Made by a program: the position numbers and the translations under genes
Notes under the pieces: model-generated
What the model was told of the DNA's origin: nothing
The model's database searches: none
The model's input: the letters and a program-made list of their open reading frames with translations, nothing else
Shown: one piece after another, positions 28,602 to 36,391 of the stretch
How positions within the stretch are numbered: position 1 is the first letter of the stretch
Layout: every line of letters begins with the position of its first letter
Origin: Candidatus Dormiibacterota bacterium
Lineage (GTDB): Bacteria > Chloroflexota > Dormibacteria > Aeolococcales > Aeolococcaceae
Assembly: GCA_003153125.1 (NCBI GenBank)
Contig: PLWW01000078.1
Location: forward strand, 30,945 to 94,944
Reading direction: 5' to 3'
Length of the DNA stretch: 64,000 nt

Positions 28602-28610
28602 CTGGTATCA
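28602..28610 (+). promoter_or_regulatory. Extended -10 (TGGTATCAT) about 35 nt upstream of tRNA-Val
   Basis: TGnTAnnnT pattern in the gap before the tRNA. Confidence 0.3.
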
Positions 28611-28645
28611 TCGCGTCCCCGGGGCACCTGCCCCCGCGGTGCGTG

Positions 28646-28722
28646 CGGGCGCATAGCTCAGTTGGTACGAGCGCTGCGTTGACATCGCAGAGGTCATAGG
28701 TTCGATCCCTATTGCGCCCACC
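28646..28722 (+). tRNA. tRNA-Val (anticodon GAC), CCA encoded
   Basis: Hand-folded cloverleaf: acceptor GGGCGCA/TGCGCCC, D arm GCTC/GAGC, anticodon stem CTGCG/CGCAG with loop TTGACAT, T arm ATAGG-TTCGATC-CCTAT, discriminator A plus CCA. Confidence 0.95.
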
Positions 28723-28843
28723 ACGCACCGCCGGGGGGCCCGGCGTGATCAGTCCCACCGCGCGGGAGGAGACAAGGGCGTGACCGGTGACCAGGAGCTT
28801 GATCCCCGGGACCTCGCCAAGGACCTGGCCGCCCTGCAGATGA

Positions 28844-28963
28844 GCGCACCACGACGCAGTGTCGTTGCGCTGGGTGCTGGTGCACCTGGTGGAGGAGTAC
28901 GCCCGCCACAACGGCCACGCCGACCTTCTGCGTCAGCGGATCGATGGCGCGGTGGGCCAGTAG
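28844..28963 (+). pseudogene. 3' remnant of a DUF664/DinB-family gene
   Basis: Only about 40 codons are in frame: [39 protein letters not shown]. This matches the conserved C-terminus of DUF664/DinB-like proteins (..HxxEExARHxGHADxxRExIDG). An upstream in-frame TGA sits at 28841 and there is no N-terminal part. Confidence 0.55.
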
Positions 28964-28981
28964 CGACGCCTGCGGGAGGTC

Positions 28982-30719
28982 CTACGGCGCCTCGACGCTG
29001 AGCGCGCTGGGGGGAGCCGGCACATCCTTCTCGATCGACGGAAACATCGGGAGCGCTCGCGGGCCGTGGCCGGGAGCGGAGGGCGTGTATACCGCGCCGT
29101 CGTAACGACCCGCGAGCCGGCGCCCGGTTTGGACAAGCTCATGGATGAAGCCTGAGCCGAGCCCGCGCAGCAGCGTGAGGCTGAGATGGATCCCCCCGGA
29201 GGGTTGCCACTTCATTTCATCCTCGTCGTTCATGGAACCGGTATTGGCGGCGGCCAGCTCCCCTTGGAGCGCGGCCAGCGCCGCGGCCTGCCGCGACTGG
29301 TGGGGCTGTGAACTGAGTCCCATCACCGCGATCGCCCCGTGGGCTGCCTTGAGGTGGCTGTCAACGAGCTCGTGCGCGGCCGGCCCGATCAGGCCGTTGC
29401 GAAACTTGAGCTCGTTGAGTTGATCGGCGAGCGCGTAGCTGGTCTCGACGATCTCGTCGCGGTTCATGACGTCGCTCTCATAGGACAGAACGTCGCGCCA
29501 GCTGGGCTCCAGGAGCGCCTACCGATGCTCTTCGAGCGTGGTGTGCAGGTGCTTGTAGCCGAGCTTCGGGTCTTCGAAGGCCCGCGACCCGGGATCGAGG
29601 AAGGGTCCGAGCGGAGCCACGAAGAAGTGCAGGCGCGGGTCAGCCTTGAAACGGAGGACGAGGTGCTCGCAGTAGTCGATGATCTGCATCGCCGAAGCCG
29701 CGCTCTGACCTGGAATACCCACCATGAAGAACATGTCGAGCTTCCGGCAGCCGTGGCTGAGGGCCTGCGCCAAGGTCTGCTCGACGTCCTCGTTGGAACA
29801 CACGAACTTGCCGTTGTTCTCGCGGAGTCGCTCGTCCTGGGTCTCGATCGTCACCTGCAGGCTCCACGCCGGCACGCTCCTCTGCACCATCTCGAAGAAG
29901 GCAGTGTCCGCGGGGTAGAAGAGCTCGAAGACGAACTCGTTGCTGAGCCGCTCCTTGCTGAGCAGATCGAAGAAGTCGTCGGCTCGCGCGTCACCACCCA
30001 TTCGAGGATCGTGGACCATGAAGATCGGAGAACCGGTGAAGCTGCGGATCGTGCGGATGTCCTGGATCAGCTTTTCAGGCGACCGGAAGGCGGGCCGGCC
30101 GCGGTTGCAGAATATAGCGGTAGTCGGGCACATCGACGTAGTCGAGGTTGTCCGGGACAAAGGACGTTGGGTTGACGACCACGGACCCGTCACCGCGCTT
30201 CCACGTGAGGTTCTCCACTGTGTCGAGTGACGCACCGCTTCGCAAGGCGTGGAGCAGTTGGCGGCACGGCTCTTCCGTCGAATCTCCGCGCAACACGAGG
30301 TCGACGAAGGGATACCGGATCAGTTCCTCGTGGTAGTACGTCGAGGAGCGGCCGCCAATCAACACCTGGGCGTCTGGGTGGATCCGCTTGATGAGCTCTG
30401 CGAGTGCAAGGGCGCCGTTGGCGTGAGCGAGCCAGTGCAGGTCGATGCCGAAAACGCGGGAGGCGAGCCGGGTGACGTAACGCTCGGGATCGAAGTGCGC
30501 GTCACTGAGCATGCGGTACGCCAGGTTCACGATGCGCACGTTGTAGCTGTTGCGCTCCAGGTACGCAGCCAAGCTGGTGAGCCCGACCGGGTACATCTCG
30601 AACTCGTCCGTGGACGGGATCACGTCGGCGACCGGCCCCTGGAGCATGGCGCGCTCCCGGAAGTCGAAGACCGAGGGCGCGTGCAGCAGGACGAGGTCGA
30701 GGCTGAAAGGGTTTCTCAC
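28982..30719 (-). pseudogene. B12-binding-domain / radical SAM protein, disrupted (frameshift plus loss of the CxxxCxxC region, and an in-frame TAG)
   Basis: Three co-linear ORF pieces. 30075-30719 is an N-terminal B12-binding-like domain (LVLLHAPSVFDFRE...VRIVNLAYRM...LIGGRSSTYYH). 29519-30110 in another frame is the radical-SAM barrel remainder (FCNRGRPAFRSPEKLIQDI...FMVGIPGQS). 28982-29518 is in the same frame as the middle piece, separated only by TAG 29519-29521. The 17 codons between that TAG and the next ATG keep high GC3 (15/17). Confidence 0.65.
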
Positions 30720-30802
30720 TCCTCTTCGATGAGCGGCGTCTGGTTGGTGTGCACGACTGTCCCCTCCGTGAAGATGCATGGCTTCCCCGGGCTGATCGTC
30801 AT
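30716..30802 (-). CDS. 28-aa small ORF MTISPGKPCIFTEGTVVHTNQTPLIEEE, stop-start coupled (GTGA) to the B12/radical-SAM gene
   Basis: 25 of 28 codons end in G/C, against 7 of 20 for the overlapping frame that the ORF track uses as the rSAM N-terminus. Its TGA overlaps GTG 30719, which opens VRNPFSLDLVLLHAPS. Not in the ORF track (<60 aa). Confidence 0.35.
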   Translation of the reverse strand: MTISPGKPCIFTEGTVVHTNQTPLIEEE

Positions 30803-30919
30803 GGTCTCTTCGTTGCCCCGGCGCGGCCAGAGCCGAATGTCATGGCCTGAACAGTGCCGATTGACGCGACGGCCGCCCTGGCGGTCAGTGCGAGCGGGTA
30901 GGCGCGATGATCCCAGCCG

Positions 30920-31873
30920 ATGCTCATGACAATCCGCGGCAGGATCGCCAGCTTCGCCGGCCCGATCCACGATCGGCTGATCGTGTACGCCGCCGGGGCC
31001 GTGGCCGCTGGCCTGCTGCTCCCCAGCGTGGCGGCCCGCCTATCGGGTGGAGTGCCGTACATGCTCGGCGGCCAGGTCCTCGGGGTGGCCATGACCCTGA
31101 CACTCGGCCAGTTCGCAGTGGTCGCACGCCGGCCGCTCCCGGTCCTGCTGGCGCTGGCGGCGCAATGGACCGTGCTGCCCCTGGCCGGCGTCGCGCTCTT
31201 CAAGGTGACCTCCGACCCCACGCTGCGCAACGGCGCGCTCATCGTCGCCGTTGCTCCGGCGGAGATCACCAGTGCGCTCGTGGCGCTGCTCGCGGCCGGC
31301 TCCGGGGCTGTGGCCATCACGTGCATGGCGGGGTCGCTCGCATTGGGCATTGTGCTCACACCACTCTGGGTCAGCGCGGTCCTCGGTCCCAGTTCCCACG
31401 TCGACCGACTGGCGCTGATCGCCGAACTGACGCTGTCCGTGGCGGTGCCAATGGTCGTGGGCGTCGGCGTGCGCACATGGTGGCCCGGCCTGCACCGCCT
31501 GCGGTCGCGGGCGCTCGACCTCTCGGCTGCGTGCGTCGTCCTGGTCGTGTTCGTGAGCGTGGGGTCCGCGCGCGCCTTCGTCCTGTCGGCGTCGCTTCTC
31601 CCGTGCATCGGGTTGTGCGCCGTCCTCCTTGTGACCGGCTACGGGCTGGGCATGGCGCTGGCATGGCCGTGGCGCCACCACGCGCACCTGTGGCGGGCGC
31701 TGCTCTTCCCGGTGGGCATGCGCGAGTTCGGGATCGCCGCCGCAGTGGCTCTCGCCGTGAGTCCGGGCGCGGTCGGCGTCGCGGGCGTGTACGGCGCGAT
31801 GCTGATGATCACGGCGCCCGCACTGGCGCGGCGGTTGCGGCCCGTGCAGGTGGATCCCGGGAGTGTGGGGTGA
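30920..31873 (+). CDS. Bile acid:Na+ symporter (BASS/ACR3-like) family transporter
   Basis: 317 aa, about 9-10 TMs, with LGVAMTLTLG and IVAVAPAEITSA motifs typical of SBF-like transporters. Confidence 0.75.
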   Translation: MLMTIRGRIASFAGPIHDRLIVYAAGAVAAGLLLPSVAARLSGGVPYMLGGQVLGVAMTLTLGQFAVVARRPLPVLLALAAQWTVLPLAGVALFKVTSDPTLRNGALIVAVAPAEITSALVALLAAGSGAVAITCMAGSLALGIVLTPLWVSAVLGPSSHVDRLALIAELTLSVAVPMVVGVGVRTWWPGLHRLRSRALDLSAACVVLVVFVSVGSARAFVLSASLLPCIGLCAVLLVTGYGLGMALAWPWRHHAHLWRALLFPVGMREFGIAAAVALAVSPGAVGVAGVYGAMLMITAPALARRLRPVQVDPGSVG

Positions 31874-31913
31874 TGGACGTCACTCAGGGGCGTGGCCTGC
31901 CATGCTGTGACCA

Positions 31914-32678
31914 GTGTCGTTCTCGCAGCTCGAGGTGCTGGCGCAGTGTGCTCTGCGCTACCGGTACATGTACGAGTGGCGATTGCCGGCGACTGCGGAC
32001 GACCTGTGGCCGAGGCGCACGCCTGGAAGTGACTCGGCGATGAGCGCGGCCGACCTCGGCACCCTCGTCCACGAGGTTCTCGAACGATTCCACCAACCGG
32101 GGGCCGACGACGGAGCCGGCGGCATGGCACGGCTGCGCGCCCTGTGGGAGGAGATCGCGACCGTCTCGGAGGGCGCGGAGCGCGCCACGGCTGTCTGGCG
32201 TCAGACGGCGGAGGGGATGTTCGAGCGGTACCTCCCGTCGGAGGTGGCTGGGATGGCCACCATCGCCACAGAGAAGGAGGTCAACCTCGCGGTTGACGTG
32301 GATGACCGTCCGGTGCTTGTTCGGGGATTCATCGATCGACTCTGCCGTGATGCTGATGGGCGGGTGTGGATCGTCGACTACAAGACCAACCGCTCCCTGG
32401 GGCGGGACTCGCTGGCCGCGTACGGGCGCCAGCTGGCCATCTACCAGCGCGCCTCCCGCGAGGTGCTCGGCCTCGACGCGGGCGCGCTGCTGGTCGAGAT
32501 GCGCACCGGCGCCGTGCACCGCCAGGAGGGAGACGGCTGGCCGGAGGTCGAGACACTGCTCGCCACCCTGGTCGGGGGCGATCGATCGGCGCCTCCCGAC
32601 CCGCCATGCGGCGGATGCGCGTACTGGCGCGGGTGCCCCTCGTCGACGCGACGGCCCGGCAACGATCCGCGCCCCTGA
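31914..32678 (+). CDS. Stand-alone PD-(D/E)XK nuclease with Cas4/AddB-type 4-Cys cluster
   Basis: SFSQLEVLAQCALRY (N-terminal Cys), GFIDRL...IVDYKT (D...DxK), QLAIYQ (QxxxY), C-terminal CGGCAYWRGC. Confidence 0.75.
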   Translation: MSFSQLEVLAQCALRYRYMYEWRLPATADDLWPRRTPGSDSAMSAADLGTLVHEVLERFHQPGADDGAGGMARLRALWEEIATVSEGAERATAVWRQTAEGMFERYLPSEVAGMATIATEKEVNLAVDVDDRPVLVRGFIDRLCRDADGRVWIVDYKTNRSLGRDSLAAYGRQLAIYQRASREVLGLDAGALLVEMRTGAVHRQEGDGWPEVETLLATLVGGDRSAPPDPPCGGCAYWRGCPSSTRRPGNDPRP

Positions 32679-32700
32679 CGGTGGCCGAGGCTGGCGACCG

Positions 32701-32706
32701 TATACT
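32701..32706 (+). promoter_or_regulatory. -10 hexamer TATACT, 6 nt upstream of GTG 32713 (leaderless-type)
   Basis: TATACT-cgggag-GTG. Confidence 0.35.
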
Positions 32707-32712
32707 CGGGAG

Positions 32713-32871
32713 GTGAATCTCACCCGGGCGCTGTACCGTGCCGCACGCATGTCCAACAACATCAGCGCGATCACGTCGGGCAATCCTCGACGAATCGCGC
32801 GCCGCGCCAAGAACATTGCCGTCGGACGCACGCTGCGCCGCGCCGGCGTGTGGCGCAAGCTCTGGAAGTAG
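32713..32871 (+). CDS. Small basic protein (52 aa), unknown function
   Basis: VNLTRALYRAARMSNNISAITSGNPRRIARRAKNIAVGRTLRRAGVWRKLWK. Codon bias looks like coding sequence. Alternative start at ATG 32749. Confidence 0.4.
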   Translation: MNLTRALYRAARMSNNISAITSGNPRRIARRAKNIAVGRTLRRAGVWRKLWK

Positions 32872-32964
32872 CCCGGCCCGACTGACCGGTCTGCTTCTGC
32901 GCAATCGGCGGTACAGTTCCCTCGACCAGATCCGCATTGGCGGCCGCGAACCGAGGTGCCGGGG

Positions 32965-33285
32965 ATGAATGACACGCTGACCCAGACCTGCGAGCTGCTG
33001 CACGAGGCGTCGGAGACGCATCACCGAGTGTTCCGCATCGTCGACGGCGACGACCCCGACTGGGCGTCCTGGTACGCGGACTGGCTGATCGACCTCTCAG
33101 AGTTGCCCGACCTTCTGGGCACGACACCCCTACGCAGCGAGCTCGTCTACATGCTCGTCAAGCTCGACAAGGAGTACACCGGATCCGCGCAGGCAGGCGC
33201 CTGGGAGGACTTCTACGCGCGCCGGCTCCATGAGCACTTCATGCCGGGGTCGGTCGTCACGGCGGTGCCGCCCCCTCGGGGGTGA
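32965..33285 (+). CDS. Hypothetical protein (106 aa)
   Basis: ORF MNDTLTQTCELLHEASETHHRV...DPDWASWYADWL... I recognise no family. The 3' end overlaps the convergent PLP-enzyme gene by about 29 nt. Confidence 0.5.
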   Translation: MNDTLTQTCELLHEASETHHRVFRIVDGDDPDWASWYADWLIDLSELPDLLGTTPLRSELVYMLVKLDKEYTGSAQAGAWEDFYARRLHEHFMPGSVVTAVPPPRG

Positions 33286-34237
33286 GCAGACCGGCAAGGC
33301 GTGATGCGTCGATGTTCCCCCCGCTGACGATGGCGACCGTGTTCGGAGTGGGTTGTTCCGTCGCCATCGCGGCAAAGGCGAGCGCCCCGGCTCCCTCGGC
33401 GACGACCTTGGCCTCCGTGACGAGGCGCGCAACCGCAACGTGCAGGGACGCCTCCGGAACCTCGATCCACGCTGTGACCAGGTGGCGGAGGCGCGCAAAC
33501 ATCTTCGCGTCGAACGGCGCCGTTGTCCCTTCGGCGATGGTGTCCGCTGTGAGCGAGACGGGCCCGCCCGCGGCGAAGGCTCTCGACCAGAGCGGGTAGC
33601 CGTCCGACTGCACACCGACGACCTGCACGCCCGGCTTCAGCGCCGCGAACCCGGCGGCAATGCCGCTGATCAATCCTCCTCCGCCCACCGCGACGAGGAC
33701 CCGCTCGACCGTCGGGCACTCCGCGAGAATCTCAGGGACGATCGACGCATGTCCGGCCATCACACCGTCATCGGCGAAGGGATGGATGAACACCTCGGGC
33801 TCGCGTTCCCACGCGCGCGTCGCCATCCACTCGTACAGGCGCGGGCGCGGCGTCATCATCGCCGTAGCCCCGAGCGCGCGCACGCCATCGACCTTGAGCG
33901 CGGGCGCGGCATCGTCCATGACCACGCGACACGGCACGCCGAGCTCGCGCGCGACATACGCGCAGGCGAGGGCGGCGTTGCCCGAGCTCACCGTGATCAG
34001 GCCGCGCTCGCGCTGCCTCGGGGCGAGGGCGAGGGCCGCGGCGAAGAAGCCGCGCACCTTGAAGCTGCCCGTCGGCTGCAGTGAATCGAGCTTGAGAAGT
34101 CCCCCGCCGGGCGCCGGGATCAGCGGCGTGTGCCGGATGTGCGGCGCCACCAGCCGGGCGACGAGTTGGACCCGCTCCGCGTCGATCCGCCAGGCAACGT
34201 CGTCTGCGGAGGCGGGTCGATCACCGGCAACACCCAT
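33257..34237 (-). CDS. PLP-dependent threonine/serine dehydratase-like enzyme (Trp-synthase beta fold)
   Basis: LQPTGSFKVRG (PLP lysine motif), SSGNAALACAY, VAVGGGGLISG. Confidence 0.85.
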   Translation of the reverse strand: MGVAGDRPASADDVAWRIDAERVQLVARLVAPHIRHTPLIPAPGGGLLKLDSLQPTGSFKVRGFFAAALALAPRQRERGLITVSSGNAALACAYVARELGVPCRVVMDDAAPALKVDGVRALGATAMMTPRPRLYEWMATRAWEREPEVFIHPFADDGVMAGHASIVPEILAECPTVERVLVAVGGGGLISGIAAGFAALKPGVQVVGVQSDGYPLWSRAFAAGGPVSLTADTIAEGTTAPFDAKMFARLRHLVTAWIEVPEASLHVAVARLVTEAKVVAEGAGALAFAAMATEQPTPNTVAIVSGGNIDASRLAGLLTPEGAAPP

Positions 34238-34326
34238 CGGGCGGTGATCCTACGCCGCGCCGCCTTGCCACAGACCTGCACCGAGAACGTCATCGCAGAG
34301 GTCGCTGACGCGTCCTCGGCGCAACC

Positions 34327-35073
34327 TCAGGCCTGCTGCAGGTGCAGGTCGAACTCCATTGTCGCGTTGTCCTGGACACTCACGAAACCGCCGATGCTCG
34401 GCGGGGTCATGCCGAACTCCTCGAACGGGAACGTGATCGATCCCACCACCTCGGTCGTCTTGGCGCTCAACCGTGCGGTCATCGGGATGGTCACCGTCTT
34501 GGTGGTGCCATGGATGGTCATTGCGCCCGTCACCGACACCGAGACCGCCGCCCCCGACGCAACGTTGGTGGGCAGGGTGACCGGCGCCGCCAGCACGAAC
34601 GTCGCCTTCGGATAGGTGTCACTCTGCACGCCGAGAGTGCGGATGTGCTGGTCGCGCATCGACTGGTCGGAGCTGAGCTTGCTGACGTCGACGGTGAAGG
34701 TCGCCGCGGTGACGGTGAGGGCCTTGTCCGTGCCGCCGATGGTGACGCTGCCCGTGACCGACGAGGTGCGCCCCACGGCGTCGCTCGGCGCCGACAGGAA
34801 GGCGAGTTGCTCGCGCACGCGGTACCCGACGACGGAGCCGGCGGCCACGCTCCATGTCCCCGGGACCTGCACCCCCGCGACCGCGGGGGTGGGGACGGGC
34901 GTCGAGGACGCGCCAGTGCCACTGCTCAGGGCCAGCGGGGCGGGAGCGCTCCCGCTGAAGAGCAGGAAGTACACGGCGGCGAACGCCGCCGCCACCGCGA
35001 GAACGATCGCCGAGAGCGTGTATGCGCAGGCGCGGCGGCTGCGTGGCCGGGGGACCCGCGACAGGAAGGTCAT
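34327..35073 (-). CDS. YceI-like domain protein with N-terminal membrane anchor
   Basis: N-terminal TM followed by VGYRVRE...VTGSV...FTVDVSKLSSDQSMRDQH......YP.ATF...MTIHGTTKTVT. Confidence 0.8.
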   Translation of the reverse strand: MTFLSRVPRPRSRRACAYTLSAIVLAVAAAFAAVYFLLFSGSAPAPLALSSGTGASSTPVPTPAVAGVQVPGTWSVAAGSVVGYRVREQLAFLSAPSDAVGRTSSVTGSVTIGGTDKALTVTAATFTVDVSKLSSDQSMRDQHIRTLGVQSDTYPKATFVLAAPVTLPTNVASGAAVSVSVTGAMTIHGTTKTVTIPMTARLSAKTTEVVGSITFPFEEFGMTPPSIGGFVSVQDNATMEFDLHLQQA

Positions 35074-35179
35074 CCGACGCCGCTGACGTGCTCGTCCAGG
35101 CTTCTCAGCCTGAGGAGCGAACCTGTGAGTTCTCTGAGACTGTCCTCAGGGGGCCCTGGGGCTTGGGCGACCGGGCGGG

Positions 35180-35698
35180 CTACGGCGTGGGCGTCGGCTT
35201 GAACCCGCAAGTATTGGTCATGTACGCGGTGATCGCCTTCGCGGCGCTGCTCACGGCCGGGGTGCCCAACGTCGAGAACGCCGTACCAAGCTGGGTGAAC
35301 GAGGTGACGCCCTGGATCTGGCTGTTCAGCTGGTCGTACGCTGAGCGCAGCGTCTGGAACTGAGTCGAGATCTCGCTCGGCGCCGAACCGGCCAGCCCGT
35401 CGATGGCCGTCGTCGCCGTGGCAAACAGCTGCTTGTACGCGTTGACGTCCGGCGTCGCCCCGGGGCTGGCCGACAGGAAGCCGCTGCTCACGTGTTGCAA
35501 CTGTGTCCCCAGGCCGACGACCTGGCCACAGAACGAAGAACCGCCGGGGACGGACAGGGTGGGGACGCTGCTCTGCGTCGCGGCCGCGCCTCCCGACGAC
35601 GAGGTTGATGCCGTCGGCGTGGAAGACCCGCATGCGCTGAGAACGGCGCCGGCGATGGCGGCAGCGACCAGACCTGCTGTGAATCGTGAACGGCTCAT
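35180..35698 (-). CDS. Putative lipoprotein
   Basis: Signal peptide with lipobox AVLSAC, followed by a Ser/Thr-rich linker. Confidence 0.65.
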   Translation of the reverse strand: MSRSRFTAGLVAAAIAGAVLSACGSSTPTASTSSSGGAAATQSSVPTLSVPGGSSFCGQVVGLGTQLQHVSSGFLSASPGATPDVNAYKQLFATATTAIDGLAGSAPSEISTQFQTLRSAYDQLNSQIQGVTSFTQLGTAFSTLGTPAVSSAAKAITAYMTNTCGFKPTPTP

Positions 35699-35886
35699 GG
35701 CACAACCCCCTCAGAAGCGCACAGCGGGCGCCGCGCGGCGTCCGCCAGAAGTTGGGTGACGACGGTTCCACCGGCGACTCCCACCCCAAGCCTACAGGGC
35801 AGATTGAGGGGCGTGTTGAACTTGGACGGATCTGTGGCCCAGGGCCCCGTCGGGTGGAGCGCCGGCGATGATTCCCAGTCCGCTGC

Positions 35887-35892
35887 TAGTGT
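35887..35892 (+). promoter_or_regulatory. -10-like TAGTGT, 7 nt upstream of the moaC ATG (leaderless-type)
   Basis: TAGTGT-cggaccg-ATG. Confidence 0.3.
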
Positions 35893-35899
35893 CGGACCG

Positions 35900-36391
35900 A
35901 TGTCGGAACTCAGCCACGTCGCTCCCGACGGCAGCGTCCGGATGGTCGACGTCGGCGACAAGACCGAGAGCGTTCGCTCGGCGACGGCGCACGCGCAGGT
36001 GCGCTTTCACGAGCGTGCCACCCTGAGCCGTCTTCGGGAAGGAACGGTCGCCAAGGGCGACGTCCTCAACACCGCACGGATCGCCGGCATCATGGCCGCC
36101 AAGCGAACCTCCGAGCTCATCCCCCTCTGTCACCCTCTGCCGCTCGACCACGTCGCCGTCGACTTCGAGTGGCTCGACGATCTCCCCGGGCTGCGCGTGG
36201 TGGCGACGGCGCGCTGCCGCGGCGCCACCGGCGTCGAGATGGAGGCGCTGACCGCGGTGTCCGTCGCGGCGCTGACGGTCATCGACATGCTCAAGGCGAT
36301 CGACCGGTGGATCACCGTGGAGGGTCTCGGCCTCATGGAGAAGAGCGGCGGTCGCCACGGGCCGCTCGTCCGGCCGGCTCCCGGGGGGTGA
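35900..36391 (+). CDS. moaC: Cyclic pyranopterin monophosphate synthase MoaC
   Basis: MVDVGDK..S.R.A.A...V....T.......KGDVL..ARIAGIMAAKRTSELIPLCHPL...GVEMEALTAVSVAALTVIDM.KA. Confidence 0.9.
   Translation: MSELSHVAPDGSVRMVDVGDKTESVRSATAHAQVRFHERATLSRLREGTVAKGDVLNTARIAGIMAAKRTSELIPLCHPLPLDHVAVDFEWLDDLPGLRVVATARCRGATGVEMEALTAVSVAALTVIDMLKAIDRWITVEGLGLMEKSGGRHGPLVRPAPGG

Noticed and set aside
29519-29521. In-frame TAG as programmed readthrough or pyrrolysine
   Set aside because: The same gene also has a frameshift and has lost its cluster motif. There are no pyl genes in the window. A nonsense mutation in a decaying gene is the simpler explanation.
30803-30970. Upstream extension of the small ORF to the 84-aa ORF given in the track
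   Set aside because: The third-position GC of the extension is only about 64%, against 89% for the last 28 codons. It also overlaps the divergent BASS gene start.
33681-33690. Possible att-type duplicate of the tRNA-Val 3' end (CCGCCCACCG versus TGCGCCCACCA)
   Set aside because: Only about 8 nt are similar, and the match lies inside a coding region. That is not significant in a GC-rich sequence.
35699-35899. Moco riboswitch upstream of moaC
   Set aside because: I could not recognise the conserved Moco-motif elements, and a -10-like hexamer 7 nt before the ATG suggests a leaderless transcript instead.
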